Assembly: GCA_918797485.1 (NCBI GenBank)
Contig: CAKKNE010000003.1
Span: forward strand, 4,712,001 to 4,776,000
Origin: Pelagomonas calceolata
Taxonomy: Eukaryota
Direction: 5' to 3'
Length of the DNA: 64,000 nt
Position 1 is the first letter of the stretch, and every line of letters starts with the position of its first letter. The position numbers were made by a program, and so were the translations under genes. Shown one piece after another: positions 9,304 through 21,081 of this stretch. The notes under the pieces were generated by a model. That model was not told where the DNA came from and did no database searches. It saw only the letters and a list, made by a program, of their open reading frames with translations.

Positions 9304-12300
9304 TCAGCAAGCCTGCGCGGTCCGGGCGCGCTTGAGGTCGTAGCGCAGCTCGCGCGCGAGCATGGGGTCGTTCGCGAGCACCGCGTCGACGGCCGCGCCG
9401 TGCGCGCGGAGCGCCTCGGCGAGCGTCGCCTCGACGTCGGCCGCCACGCCGAGGCGGAGCGCGCGGAGGCGGTGCCGGAGCGCGAGGAGCGTCGGCAGGA
9501 CCTGCTCGAGCAGGTGCTTCTTGGACGCGCGACCCAGCAGGCGGCCCCGGGCCTTGTCCAGCGCGGCGGCCGCCGGGTCGTCGGCGTCGTCGTCGGCCCG
9601 GTCCTTCGCGCGCGCCCCCTTGCGCAGGCGCAAGTCCGCGCGCAGGATCCGGAGCGCGTCGGCCAGGCGGCCGTCCATCTTCGCCAGCGCCGCGTCCGGC
9701 GCGTCGGCCGCGGGGCCCAGGACGTCCTTGGCGAGCCGCGCGGTCGCCTCGCCGCGCCGCTCCGGAGACAGCGCGGCGAGCGCCGCCGCGTAGACGGGGC
9801 CGCGGCGCTCGGCGTCGCCGTAGCGCGCGGCGAGCGCGGCGTCGCCGCCGTTCAGCGCCACCACCAGCCCGACGACGTGGCGCGCGACGCGCCCCTGGTT
9901 GTCGTCGACGACCTCCTTCAGCGCGTGCGCCGCCGCCGCCGCGACGGCGCCGTCGGCGTCGGCGGCGCAGCACGCGAGCCGGTGGCACAGCTCCGGCCGG
10001 AGCTTGAGGTAGTCGCGGCCCACGAGCCGCGCGAGCGCGACGACGGCGGCCCGCCGGACGGCCGCGGCCGGGTCGAGCAGCGCGCCGGCGAGCGCCCCCG
10101 CCTTCGCGTCGACGAGCGCCGTCCGCACGGTGGCCAGGTCCGCCAGGGCCGCGAGCGCCGTCGCGCGGACGGCCGCGTCTCCGTCGCGCTCGAGCGCGGC
10201 CGCGAGGCGCGGCACGGCCGCGGTCCGCGCGACGGGCTCGGACGCGCGGGCCGCGCCGCCCAGCGCCGCCGCCGCCGCGCGCCGCGCCGCGCGGGGGGCG
10301 CCGTCGTCGTCGAGCGTCTCCGCCGCGGCGGCCGCGAGCCGCTCCGCCGCGGCCGTCGCGTCGGCGCCGAAGAGGCCCGCCGCGGCGGCGGCGGCGGCGG
10401 CGGCGAGCGGCGCGGCCGCGCGCGGCGGTGCCGCCGCGTAGGCGCGCGCCCACGCGCCCGCGCCGCGGGCCGCGCCCAGCACGGCGACGGCGGCCGCCGC
10501 CGTCGCCGCGTCGGGCGCGGTCGCCGCGATGGCGTCGACGCGCGCCAGGACGCCCGCGTCGCCGCCGCCGCCCGCGGCCGCCGCCGCGGCCGCCCTGAGC
10601 GCCGCCGTCCGCGCGGCGCCGTCGGCGGCGCTCTCGGCCAGGCCCACGCACGCGGCGACGGCGGTCGACGCGCCCGCCCCGCCGCCCAGCGCGTCCGGCG
10701 CCACGGCGAGCAGCGCCTCGAGGACGCGCGCGCTCGACGCGTCGCCCCGCGCGGCCCCCTCGGCCGCGCGGACCGCCGCCGCCGCGCACGTGCCCGCGAA
10801 GGCGCCGCCGCCGCGCCGCCGCGCGAGCTCGAGCGCCGCGCGCAGCGCTGCGCGCGCGCCGGCGGTCGCCACGCACGCGCGGCGCGCGGCGCGCGCGTAG
10901 TCGTCGCCGCCGCCGGCCGCCAGCAGGGGCTCCAGGACCAGCTCCGCCAGGCGGTCGGCGACGGCCGCGGCCGCGGCCGCTCCGTCGTTCGCCCGGAGCG
11001 CGAGCGGCAGCGCGGCGGCGGGCCACGCCTCCGGCGGCGCCGCCCGCGCAGCAGCGAGGCCGCCCAGCGTCTTTGCGGCTTCGGCCCGGACCTGGGGGCT
11101 CGCGTCGCCGCACGCGCGCGCCGCGGCCGCGGCCTCGCCGGCGCCCTCGGTCGCCAGCGCCGTCTTCCCCGCCGCGCGGACCGCCTTGGCGCGGCACGCC
11201 GCCGACGCGTCGCGCGTCGCCCGCCGCACGAGCGCGTCCAGAGCGCGCGCGTCGCGGAGCGTCGCGACGGCGTCGAGCGCGCGCGCGCGCGCCGCGGCGC
11301 TCGCGTCGGTCACGCGCGCCGCGAGTAGGTCCCCGAGCGCGGCGGCGTCGCCTTCGCTGAGGTCGCCGCCGGCGAGGACCGCCGCGGCGACGTCGCAGAA
11401 CGCGCCGCGCCGCGCCGGCGCCGCCCCCGCCGCCGCCCGGCGGAGGCACTCCACGAAAGCCGCGCGCTCGCCCGCGCCGGCGGCCCGGGCCGCCGCCGCG
11501 CACGCGTGGGCCACGCGCGCGCGCGCCTTCGCGTCGAGGCCTTTGCCGGAGGCGAGCCCGCTCAGGAGCCGCTCCGCGAGGCCCCGGAGGTCGCGCGGCG
11601 CGAGACTAGCCGAGAGCGCGTCGAGCGCCGCGGTCGTCGCGGCGGCGTCGCCCTTGGTGGCCCCGGGGGCGAGGAGCCGCGGGAGCGCCGCGGCCGCGGC
11701 CGCGGCGCCGCGCGGCGCGCGCGCGAGCCCGGCGAGCGTGTCCGCGGACGCGGGCAGCCGCGCGACGGCGCACGCGCCGAGCCGCTGGATCACGTCGTCC
11801 TCGAGCGCGTCCTGCGTGCTCGCCCAGCGCGGCGCGGCGACGCAGGCCGCGACCGCGGGCCACAGCGCCTCGGCCCTTTGGGTCTCGAGCGCGCGGCACG
11901 CGCAGCGCCACGGCGCGCCCGCGGCCAGCTGCGCAACGGGCGCGCCGTCGAGCGCGAGGAGCGCGCAGTAGGTCTGCAGGCCGCGCGTCGCGTCCGCCCC
12001 GCCGGGCGCCGGCGCGCCGCGCGCGAGCCACGCCTGCGCGGCGCTCGCCGCGCCGGCGACGACGGGCCGCCAGGCCGCGCCGGGCACGCGCGCCCAGAGC
12101 GGCGCGGTCGATGCCTGGGCGCGCCACGCCGCGACGCGGGTCGCGACGCGCTCCAGGAGGCGCGGGTCCGGCGGCGCGACGCCGTCGACGCGATCGAGGT
12201 CCAGCACGGCGCGGAGGTCCTCGACGGCCGTGACCGCGTCGACGGCCGCCACGGCGGCCGCGGTCGCGTCCGCGAGGTCGTCCGCGGTCGTGGCGTGGCC

Positions 12301-12309
12301 GTCGCGCAT
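9304..12309 (-). CDS. NCAPD3: Condensin II HEAT subunit CAP-D3-like (Cnd1 domain)
   Basis: HEAT repeats; DPAAAVRRAAVVALARLVGRDYLKLR and C-terminal KKHLLEQVLPTLLALRHRL...ARELRYDL resemble CAP-D3. Confidence 0.75.
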   Translation of the reverse strand: MRDGHATTADDLADATAAAVAAVDAVTAVEDLRAVLDLDRVDGVAPPDPRLLERVATRVAAWRAQASTAPLWARVPGAAWRPVVAGAASAAQAWLARGAPAPGGADATRGLQTYCALLALDGAPVAQLAAGAPWRCACRALETQRAEALWPAVAACVAAPRWASTQDALEDDVIQRLGACAVARLPASADTLAGLARAPRGAAAAAAALPRLLAPGATKGDAAATTAALDALSASLAPRDLRGLAERLLSGLASGKGLDAKARARVAHACAAAARAAGAGERAAFVECLRRAAAGAAPARRGAFCDVAAAVLAGGDLSEGDAAALGDLLAARVTDASAAARARALDAVATLRDARALDALVRRATRDASAACRAKAVRAAGKTALATEGAGEAAAAARACGDASPQVRAEAAKTLGGLAAARAAPPEAWPAAALPLALRANDGAAAAAAVADRLAELVLEPLLAAGGGDDYARAARRACVATAGARAALRAALELARRRGGGAFAGTCAAAAVRAAEGAARGDASSARVLEALLAVAPDALGGGAGASTAVAACVGLAESAADGAARTAALRAAAAAAAGGGGDAGVLARVDAIAATAPDAATAAAAVAVLGAARGAGAWARAYAAAPPRAAAPLAAAAAAAAAGLFGADATAAAERLAAAAAETLDDDGAPRAARRAAAAALGGAARASEPVARTAAVPRLAAALERDGDAAVRATALAALADLATVRTALVDAKAGALAGALLDPAAAVRRAAVVALARLVGRDYLKLRPELCHRLACCAADADGAVAAAAAHALKEVVDDNQGRVARHVVGLVVALNGGDAALAARYGDAERRGPVYAAALAALSPERRGEATARLAKDVLGPAADAPDAALAKMDGRLADALRILRADLRLRKGARAKDRADDDADDPAAAALDKARGRLLGRASKKHLLEQVLPTLLALRHRLRALRLGVAADVEATLAEALRAHGAAVDAVLANDPMLARELRYDLKRARTAQAC

Positions 12310-12717
12310 GGGCGCTTTGCCGTTGCTTGCCGTTGCGTGCCGTTGGAACGCGAGGCGCGCGTTCTAAAGACCTCACCTTGTCGCTGGGGAGGTCTTGGGG
12401 GCGTCGCCTGTGCTTGACTTGCCACTGGTGCGCGGGAGGCGGCAACTATGCAGCCAAAAAGGCCGGCACCGCCGCACCGGCGCTTGCTAGTGTCTTTAGG
12501 CCGCTAGTTAGCGCGCCCCCGGCGCCCGGGACGGCGGGATAAAATCACTTGCGATTGAGCAACGAGGCTAGTGAGCTCGCGGGTTTCTACGTCGACAGCG
12601 TTTGCCGCGAAGCTCGTAAATTGCCGCAACAGCGCGGTCGATTCTTCGACAGGCCCGCGAGAGAGAGGGCCCGCATTCCTGACCTTGCGCCACAGCGCGT
12701 ATCCCCCATCTGCCGCC

Positions 12718-13083
12718 ATGTCGCTGCCTGAGGGCTACTCCGCGAAAAAAACCAAGATCAACGAGGACAAGCTCGCCGACTGGCTCCGCGAGCAGGTCAC
12801 CGGCGACCTCGAGCAGGTGCCCGGCATCGGTCCGGCGAACGTGAAGTTGCTGGCGGCGACGGACCGCGTGCCCGACAAGGTCGAGACGACGTACCAGCTC
12901 ATCGGCAAGTTTCTCTCGCTAAAGGCGGCGGGCACGACGTGCGTCGAGCACTGCGACATGTTCTACTACTGGCTCCAGGCCAAGGGCGTCAACGCCGGCC
13001 GGAACAACATCGTATTGGCCATCGCGGAGAAGTGCGAGGTGTTCCTGCCTGGCTGCTACGACGCGGCCGCGTACGAGGACTAG
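12718..13083 (+). CDS. Barrier-to-autointegration factor (BAF)-like small HhH DNA-binding protein
   Basis: VPGIGPANVKLL...YQLIGKFLSLK...FYYWLQAKGVNA...IAEKCEVFL parallels BAF LAGIGEVLGKKL...YVVLGQFLVLK...FREWLKDTCGANA...LREWCDAFL. Confidence 0.65.
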   Translation: MSLPEGYSAKKTKINEDKLADWLREQVTGDLEQVPGIGPANVKLLAATDRVPDKVETTYQLIGKFLSLKAAGTTCVEHCDMFYYWLQAKGVNAGRNNIVLAIAEKCEVFLPGCYDAAAYED

Positions 13084-13549
13084 AAGTAGTAGGCGCGCAC
13101 CACAAAAGGGTTGTGTGTCGTCGATGCCTTCGGGTAATTGTGTCTAGTCCGAGGCATCATGACATGATCAGAGCGGAATTTAAAAACGCTCTTTCACTGG
13201 CACTATTCATTCGGGGTCAGCCGGAGAGGTCACTTTACAGGTCACCCGCCGCCGAGAAGGCTTTTATATAATTATATTAAAACGTTTTTTACCAGGGGGG
13301 GCGCGAAAAAAACCGCTCCGGAATTCATAGTAACGCGCGTTGGTGGATTAAGATGCCGGGTTAATTACCGGGTCATTTACCTAAGCCTGGAATCACATTA
13401 ATAGCGGGCTATCACGATTAACGGGCGGCATTGAGGGAAATTCCACCGTAAGGAAATCCTTAGCAAGCCGGGGGGCGCGGGACGATGCAACAAACCCGTT
13501 GCGTCCTCCCGGGCCGTACGTCCTTGATGTGTGTACTTTAGTTTGTTGT

Positions 13550-14557
13550 TTAGTCCGGCGCGCGGCGCTTCGTGCCCATGACGCCGCTCCGGCCCTTCAT
13601 GTGCGCCACGTACTCGAAGAGGTTGAAGGGGCTCACGGCCTCCTCGTGGTCGTCGCGGTGGCAGAAATTGTCGCCGTGCGCGCCGCGCTGCTCGTACTGC
13701 AGCGCAGCCGCCGCCCACGGCCGGTCGGCGTCGCGGCTCGCGCAGCCCGCGGCGAACCAGCCCACCCGCAGGCGCGGGTCGCGCCACTCGCCGTCTCCGA
13801 CCAATAGCTGCTTGAACACGGCGACGTCGTTCAGGCTCAGGTGCCTGCGGCAGCGCGCCTTGGGTCCCCGCAACAGGCAGCGCCGCCCCAGGTCGGCCAT
13901 GCCCCACTCGTAGAGGGCCACGGCGCGCCGCGTGAAGACACGCGCGGCCGCGCCGCCCGTGAGCGCGACGACGCCCGTCTCGGGCCGCTCGCGCCGCACG
14001 GGCACGCGCGCGATCGTCGCGACGTCGACCGTTTTTAGAAAACCCAGGAAGGTCCCATCGGGCTTCTTCACCAGGACGCAGTCGACGTCGAGCCACACTA
14101 CACTTCTGCCGTCGGGCGTCCGCGCGACCGCGTGGTCGAGGGCCGCCACCTTCCGCGCGAGGAACGCGGCGGCCGACGCCTCGCCGAGCCCGCGCGGCAG
14201 CCACTGCGTCAGATTCGCGCGGCGCTCACTCGCGGGGTCGCGGAGCGACTCCGCAAACTTCAGCACCCACGGCGCGGCCGCGAACAAGTCGACGGCGCAC
14301 GCGGCGAACGACGCGACCTCCGCGGGCAACTCGCCGCGGGGCCACGCGGCGCCTTCCTCGTGGTAGAAGGCGACCGGCATGGCGTCTCGGTCGCTTCGCG
14401 CGTCGCGCAGCGTGCGCTCCTCGCGCCGCCGCACAAAGTCGAGCGGCGCCGACGTGAGGCCGAAGAGGGCCGGGCGCTGTGTCGTGATCTCCGGGCAGAC
14501 GTAGGCCGTGGCCACGGCGGCCACGAGCAGCCTCTCGATCCCAGCGACGGGCAGCAT
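13550..14557 (-). CDS. Putative GT-A fold glycosyltransferase
   Basis: Hydrophobic N-terminus; RKVAALDHA...VVWLDVDC (DxD); ETGVV; NDVAVF; YVAHMKG. Confidence 0.6.
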   Translation of the reverse strand: MLPVAGIERLLVAAVATAYVCPEITTQRPALFGLTSAPLDFVRRREERTLRDARSDRDAMPVAFYHEEGAAWPRGELPAEVASFAACAVDLFAAAPWVLKFAESLRDPASERRANLTQWLPRGLGEASAAAFLARKVAALDHAVARTPDGRSVVWLDVDCVLVKKPDGTFLGFLKTVDVATIARVPVRRERPETGVVALTGGAAARVFTRRAVALYEWGMADLGRRCLLRGPKARCRRHLSLNDVAVFKQLLVGDGEWRDPRLRVGWFAAGCASRDADRPWAAAALQYEQRGAHGDNFCHRDDHEEAVSPFNLFEYVAHMKGRSGVMGTKRRAPD

Positions 14558-14885
14558 AGAATTCCGCCGCGCGGGCAGCTTGAGATGTAGGAACCTGTAA
14601 TATTAAAATTATCGTTGTTTCCGCGCCAGGTAAAACCGTATTCTAGCCGGGCCCCGCGTCGCGATCGTAGCCCCAGGGACCCGGGCGCCGGGCGCGCCGG
14701 CGCGGCGCAGCTCAGAAGCGAACGGTACGGGTTTTTGCTCTCCTCTACTAGCGGTTGCCAACGAAGACACTTGCCGCCCCTCACGGCCTCAGGAGGGCGC
14801 CATCGGGAAGCTTGCGGAGAGCCCGCAAACCCGGCGCGCCGGCGCTGTGTGAGAGCCAGACGCGAGACCCGGGCAGCCTCGCACG

Positions 14886-17800
14886 ATGGCGGACGAAGTC
14901 ATGACGGTGCGCGTCGCCTGCGCCGGGCGCGCGACGGCGCACGTCCGAATCCCGGAGCATGCGGACCACGCGGCGCTGAAGGCGGCCGCGGGCGCCGCGC
15001 TGGGCGATCCCTACGACCTGCGCCTCGCCGCGCCGCGAGCCCTCCGGCCCGGCGACGACCCCTGGGCGCCGCTCTGGGAGCGCGAGGACTGGGGCGCCGT
15101 GCCGCTGGTACGGCAGCTCGAGGACGACGACGGGTGGCGGGCGGCGCGGACGAGTTTTGCGCGCTTCGCGGACGAGCGGTACGCGCGCGATGCGCGCGCC
15201 GTCCTCGCCACCATCGAAGCCGGGGTGACGGGCAAGGACGCATGCGCCGCCGCGGACGCGCTCGACCGGTGCTGGGAGTTCGCGCACTGCGCGCGGAACT
15301 TCGGGGTCATCAAGGCGTCGGCGGCGCTCGCGGAGGCCGTGGCGGCGCGTCTCGCGCAGTTCTGGCGGCGGCGCTGGGAGCACGGCGAGGACCGGGCGCT
15401 CGAGCGGTGCTGCGTGGCCGCGTGGAAGTTGGCGGAGGCCGGCGCGGACGCGGCGCTCGTCGACGCCGGCATACTAGAACCGCTCGGGGAGATGCTGGCG
15501 CACTTCGGCGAAACTCTGGAAGTGACAGACGCGCCGCCGCCGGACGAGGGCCTCTGCCAGGCGTGCCTCGGGTGCCTGCGGGACCTCGCGGGCGTCTCGG
15601 TGCTCGCGCGGGCGCTGCTCGGGCGCAACGCGTCTGCGCTGGACGGCCTCGCCGCGCGCTTCGCCGCGCGCGAGGCGCCATCCGCGGCGCAGCTCCGACT
15701 CGCCCAGACGAGCGTCGCCTGCCTCTGGGCGGGCGTCGGCGCGGCGTACGGCGGGGCGGCGGACGACCGCCGCTACTACGCGGAACGCGGCGCGTGCGCG
15801 TCGCTCGCTCGGCTCGTCGCCGCGACGACGACGGGGGCGCCGTTCGTCGCCGTCTACGGCGTCGCGTGCGTGTGTAAACTCGCGAGCGAGCGCGACGCGC
15901 CCGTCGGTGCGGAAATCAACCGGTGCGTCGGTGTTTAAGCTCCACGCTATCGCGCAGAGGCGCGGGGCTACAGCGGAGACGTGGGATTTCTACGCACAGG
16001 CGCACGCGCCCCTCCTCGAGGGCGTCGACGCCGCGCTGGACGCCGCGTCCGCGTTCGGCGCCGCCGTGCTCGTCGCGAGCCCGATGCTGACCGCGCGGGA
16101 GCGCGAGCGGGCGGTGACCTTCGCGGCGCGCGGAGTGCTCGCGCTCGCGACGCTCCACCCGCTCGCGGACCGGCGCGTCGCGCGCGCCGCGGCGGCATTG
16201 TCCTCCGGCGGCGGCGCCGCCGGCGCCAGTGTCGTCGACGCCGCCGGGGCCGTCGAGGCGTGGCTCCACGCGATCACGCGCGGCGCCGCCGAGGGCCTCC
16301 GGGCCGAAGTCGTCGCGGACGCGGCGTGCTGCTGCTTCGAGGCGTTGGGCGCGCTGCTCGCGCGGGGCGGCGCCGGCCGGCACGCCGCGCGCGTCCTCGG
16401 CGACGCGCTGGCCGTGCTGCGCGACCGCGAGGCGGAGCGGCGGCCGCACGGCCTCCAGGTGGTGGTGGCGTGCGCCGAGCTTGTCCGCGCGTGCTGCGCC
16501 GCGGAGGCGACGGTCGCCGTGGCCATGGCCACCGACCTCTTCCGGGAGATCTGCGCGCTGGCCGCCGACGAGACGCCCCGCGGGGCGCCGCGGCCGGCGC
16601 GCGCGCGGCTGGCCGCCGCGCTGATGGCGCTGGCCGGGGCAGCGCCCGTCCGGGAGGAGTCCGCGGCGAGGGCGGCGCTGCGGCGGTTCCGCCAAAAGCG
16701 CGCCGCGGCGCGCGCGTTCGCCGGCGACGTGCACATTCGCGCCCTGCTGGACGAGCTGGCCGGCGGCGCCGACGAGCAGGCGCGCGAGAAGCGGCAGCGC
16801 GTCCAGGCGGCGCGGGCCGGGCTGCACCGCGCGCTCGCCGAGGACGCGGGGCGCGCCGCTTCCGACGACGCGGACGACGCGGAGCTGGACGAGGCGGCGC
16901 GGCGCGACGGCGCGGCCGGCTGGGACCCGCCGCGGGCGCGCCTGCTGGCCCACGCGCTGTGCGCCGCCCTCGCGGCGGACCCCGCCGGCGCCGGCCCCGA
17001 GGCGGCCGTCGCGTCGCGGCTGCTCGTGGCCCTGGCCCGGCTCGCGCGGCGCGTCGACGACGCGGCGGCGCGGGCGCCGAAGGCGGCCGAGCGAGTCGTC
17101 GCGGCCCTCGTGGACGGCGTGGACACGCTCGACGCGCTGTGTCGCGCGGTCGTCGCGTCCTGTGTGGAAATCAAAATTTTACGGCGCGTTCGTGCTGAAT
17201 CGAGCACCCGACGCACTGGTTGATTTCCACACAGGTCGCGTCGAGCCGAGCCTTGGCCAAGGGCGACGCGCATCACGCGGAACCGCTGGTGTGCGAGGCG
17301 AGCGCCGCCACGCTCGAAGTACTGGCGCGCCACGCGCCGCTGCGGGTCCTGGCGTGCGGGGCCGCGACGCAGGCGTTCGTGTCGCTCGCGGAGCGGTGCG
17401 CCCACCCCGGCTTGCGGGCCGCGCGGCGGAGTTTGCTGGATCTGCTCTGGTTCGGCGTCGCGTGCGCGCCGTCGGTCGCCGAGAAGCACGCGTTGGTCGA
17501 CGTCCTGCCGCCGACCGGCGCGGCCATGGCCGCGCTGGAGCGGCTCGCGCTCGGCGACGAGGAGGCGGAGGCCGACGACGCGCTGAAGACGCAGGCCGCA
17601 AATCTCTTGTACTGGCTCGCGTACACGTCCCGTAGACATCTCGCGGCCTGCCCCGGCGTCGGAGGGAAGCGCTCGCGCGCCCCGTCCGGCCTGGTCGAGC
17701 TCTGCGCGCGGGCCCTGGTCGCGGGCCGGGACGCCGCGGCTCCCGTCGCGCTGCACGTGCTCGCGAAGGCGACGGCCGCGGACCCGCGGGGCGCGCGCTT

Positions 17801-20683
17801 GGTCGCGGACCGGCGCGCGGCCTGCGCGGAACGATGCGGGCCGTTACTGGCCGCGATGCTGCTGGGGCGGCGGGGCGAACACTTGCGGGGCCCCGCCGCG
17901 GACGTGCTCCTCAACGTCTCGGCCGAACGGCGCGCGTGCCGCCGCGTCGCGCATTGCGCGCTGGACCCGCTCCTGGCGCTGGCCGAGGATCCGGAGGTCG
18001 ACCCCGAGTGCGCGAGTCATACGGACGTGCTGCTGGCAAACCTCGGCCGGGACGCGGAGACGCGCAACCTGATCCACGTGCGGCGCTTGCAGCTCGACAA
18101 CGCGCGCGCGGACCGCGTCGGCCGGCGTCCCTCGGCGTCGGCTCCGAAGGCAGTCAAGGCGGGGACCGTGTCGGCGTCCCTCGCGTCGGTGCCGTTCGCG
18201 AAGCGCGTCGCCTCCGATCCGACGTCACTCGTCGGGAGCGCGCCGCTCCTCGTCGGGCCGGATGCGGACGCGCCGCGCGACCACGCTGCGCGCGACGCAC
18301 CGAGGACGCTGCGCGGGCGCCTCCGCGACGAATGCGTCGGTCGGCATCTCGCCGCGGCGCGGTCGCCGGACGCGGCGCTCGCCAGACCGCCCGACGACGC
18401 GCGCGCCGTGCCGGCGCTCGCCGCGGGGACGGACGCGTCGAGCGCGGCGCGGCACGCGCCGCGGCGCGCGGGCTTCGCGGAGGGCCGCGCGGACCCCACG
18501 ACGTGGTCGCCCCGGACGGAGCGCCTCGGCCGCGGGACGGTCGGCGAGAAGAGCGTCGTCCTCGCGCCCACGTGCGGCGCGCAGCTCTCGTTCTCGTTCC
18601 CGAGCGCGGCGCGCGCGCCGGCGCACCACAAGCCGGCGTCGCGCCTCTTCGCGTTCAAGTCCGTGCGGGGCGCGAAGATGCGCGACATGTTCCCGACCTT
18701 CGAATTCCCCTCGTCGCGCGGCCGCGGCGGCGGCGACGATGAATACGACGACGCCGCGTCGGACTGGCACCTGTGCCACGAGGACCGCTACCGACCTCCG
18801 ATCGTCGACCCGGGACCCTGGCCCGCGGTCACCAAGGCGCCGCGCTGGGCGCCGGACAGGAGCCCCGAGTCGCTTTTGGGCACGCTCGGCGCGCCCGAGC
18901 CGCCGACCCTCGACTGGGACGCCCGGCTGACGGACTGCGTGGCGGCGCCGACGTGCCAACAACACTACCTGCCGTCGTTTACCTCCAGGGAGGTGGACTA
19001 CGACCGGGCCCGGAGGAGCTGGGGCGAGCTCGACGACTTTGCGCTCCTGATCCGCGCGACGCTCGTGGCGAAGCCCAAGCCGAAGGCCGCGTCGCCGGTG
19101 GCGAAGGTCGCCAAGTCGGCGTGGAAGCTGGAGACGTCAATCTTCGCCCCCCGGAGGCGGGAGGCCGACTGCCGCGGCTTCTGGCACTCGAACAAGTTCA
19201 TGAAGCGGCTGCTGAGCGGGGACTGGACGCGCCTGTCCGCGCTGCCGCGGTTCGAAAACCTGATGAAGCGTTTCGGCGGCGGCGCCGCGGAACGAGCCCT
19301 ACTGGGGGGCCTCGAGAAGATGTACCGGAAGCTGCTGAGCGCGTTCGACTACTACTGCATTGTCACCGAGCTCGACCCGATGGACATGGCCATGGGGTCC
19401 TGGCTCGAGTTCTGCACGGACCTTAATCTGCGGGGCGAGGCGCCGGGCCAGGTGTCGGACCAGACGCTCCAGGGCATCTTCGTCCAGGTCAACGTGGAAG
19501 TGGGCCAGGCCCGGGAGCTCGCGCAGGCGAACGACAACAACTCCCTGATGCGCCTCGCGGCGCGGAGATCAATTGCGCGGCCGCCTTCCATGGAGCACCT
19601 TCGGATGGCGTCGACGGTCTCCGCTGCCGTAATTTAGCCAACGCGACCGCGTCGTCGTCGCCGAGAAATGAGTTTGTGAAGAATTCGCGGGGGCGCCCGC
19701 CCGACTCACTGGTCGATGTGCGCAGGCGCTTCGAGTTCATCGAGGCGATCGTGCGGCTGCTGGGCGCCGCCTACGGCCTGGAGAAGAAGGACCGCCCGGC
19801 CGGAGACGACGGCGCGGCGGCCGCCGAACGCGCGGCGGAGGACTTTTCCACGCGGCTGGCCGCGCTGCCGGCGGACGCGCGCGACGACCCCGACGACTAT
19901 CGGCGGGAGCGCCTGTACACGGAGGCGTGCTGCGACGCGTTCTCGAGGCACAAGCGGTTCTGGCAGGAGATCCACCGCATCATGAGCGCGATCGCCATGG
20001 ACGCCGGGCGGCCGGCGTTCAACATGGATCGGTGGCTGGAGCTCACGGAACTGACCGGTATGCGCACCTCCGAGACGACGCTGACGGAGGCCGTCAAGGC
20101 GTACGTCGTGTCGCGGACGCGCTTTCTCGACGACACGGTGTTCAAGTTCGAGCTGCTCGACTTTGTCTCGTTTCTGGAGGCGATCGCGCGGTTGGTCGAG
20201 ATGACGCCCGTGCCGTCGAAGGCCGCGCTGACCGAGCTCGGCGTCGACCAGGTCTCGGAGTTCTACGAGCGCGTCGCCGCGCTCAAGGAGGCGGTCGACG
20301 GCGACGAGGACCGGCGGCGACTCTCGCGGCTGCTCGCCGAGGACGCGGACCAGGCCCTCTCGGAGAAGCTCGAGCTCATGCTGCCTTACATGCTGCAGAA
20401 CCTGACCATATCTACGAACGGCGCGTATCGGACGAAAAACACGCACGCCGGCTGCGCGGAAATCAAATCTGAGTTCGAGTGCGCCCCCACGCCATCGACG
20501 CGGACCACTGGTTGATTTCCACACAGCTCACTACCGGTCAACTTTCTCTCCGTCGACCAGCGGGCGCGGTGGACGCAGCAAACCCTCATCGCGCGGCCGG
20601 CCTTCGCGGCGCCGGCCCTGAAGACCGTCGCCTCGGCCCTCGGGCGCCTCGGCACGCCGAAGGAGGGGGCGCGGCCCGGGTAG
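14886..20683 (+). CDS. Large ARM/helical-repeat protein with a C-terminal EF-hand-like region; 5 exons (14886-15896, 16000-17151, 17235-19549, 19726-20442, 20527-20683), about 1783 aa
   Basis: Consecutive ORFs join in frame across four introner introns; the splice reconstitutes NNSLMRFEFIEAIVRL; also LDFVSFLEAIARL; last exon frame chosen on codon usage. Confidence 0.65.
15897..15999 (+). mobile_element. Introner-type intron (GC-AG), element in reverse orientation
   Basis: TSD GCGCCCGT/GCGCACGC (6/8); ends CGGTGCGGAAATCAACCGGTG...GGATTTCTACGCACAG. Confidence 0.75.
17152..17234 (+). mobile_element. Introner-type intron (GT-AG), pristine copy
   Basis: Perfect TSD GTCGCGTC (17152-17159, 17235-17242) and perfect 15 bp TIR CTGTGTGGAAATCAA...TTGATTTCCACACAG; 75 bp element. 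Confidence 0.95.
19550..19725 (+). mobile_element. Introner-type intron (GC-AG)
   Basis: TSD GCGCCTCG/GCGCTTCG (7/8); ends CGGCGCGGAGATCAA...CACTGGTCGATGTGCGCAG. Confidence 0.8.
20443..20526 (+). mobile_element. Introner-type intron (probable GC-AG)
   Basis: TIR CTGCGCGGAAATCAA (20452)...TTGATTTCCACACAG (20526), 75 bp; TSD is degenerate, so the donor position is uncertain. Confidence 0.75.
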
Positions 20684-21081
20684 TGGTAATGTGATTGATT
20701 GGGAGTTGGAGTTAGTTCCGCTATGCCGCCTAGTAGTCTAGCCTAGTAGGGGTCTAGTTTTAGTCCGTTTAGATGCTCGTACTACCGTCGTAGTGCCAGA
20801 TGCGCCGTGATCACCGTGACCAAAAACACCGTGATCACCGTGACCAGTGGTGATGTGGGGTCCAAAGAGACCAATATGTCGATTACTAGTACTGGCCCTA
20901 CTGGGGGGCCTCGAACTGCGCTACTTGAGTCATCTTCCAACGCGCACTAGCGACGCCCCGGGCCTCTAGAGCTCCGAGACGCTGGTTTCCAGCTTACTGC
21001 CTGAGTCTGCCTCAGAACGCGAGGCTCCAGGAGTCGCGCGGGAGGGAGATTCCAGGTTGGCCTTTTCTTTTTCACAGGAAA

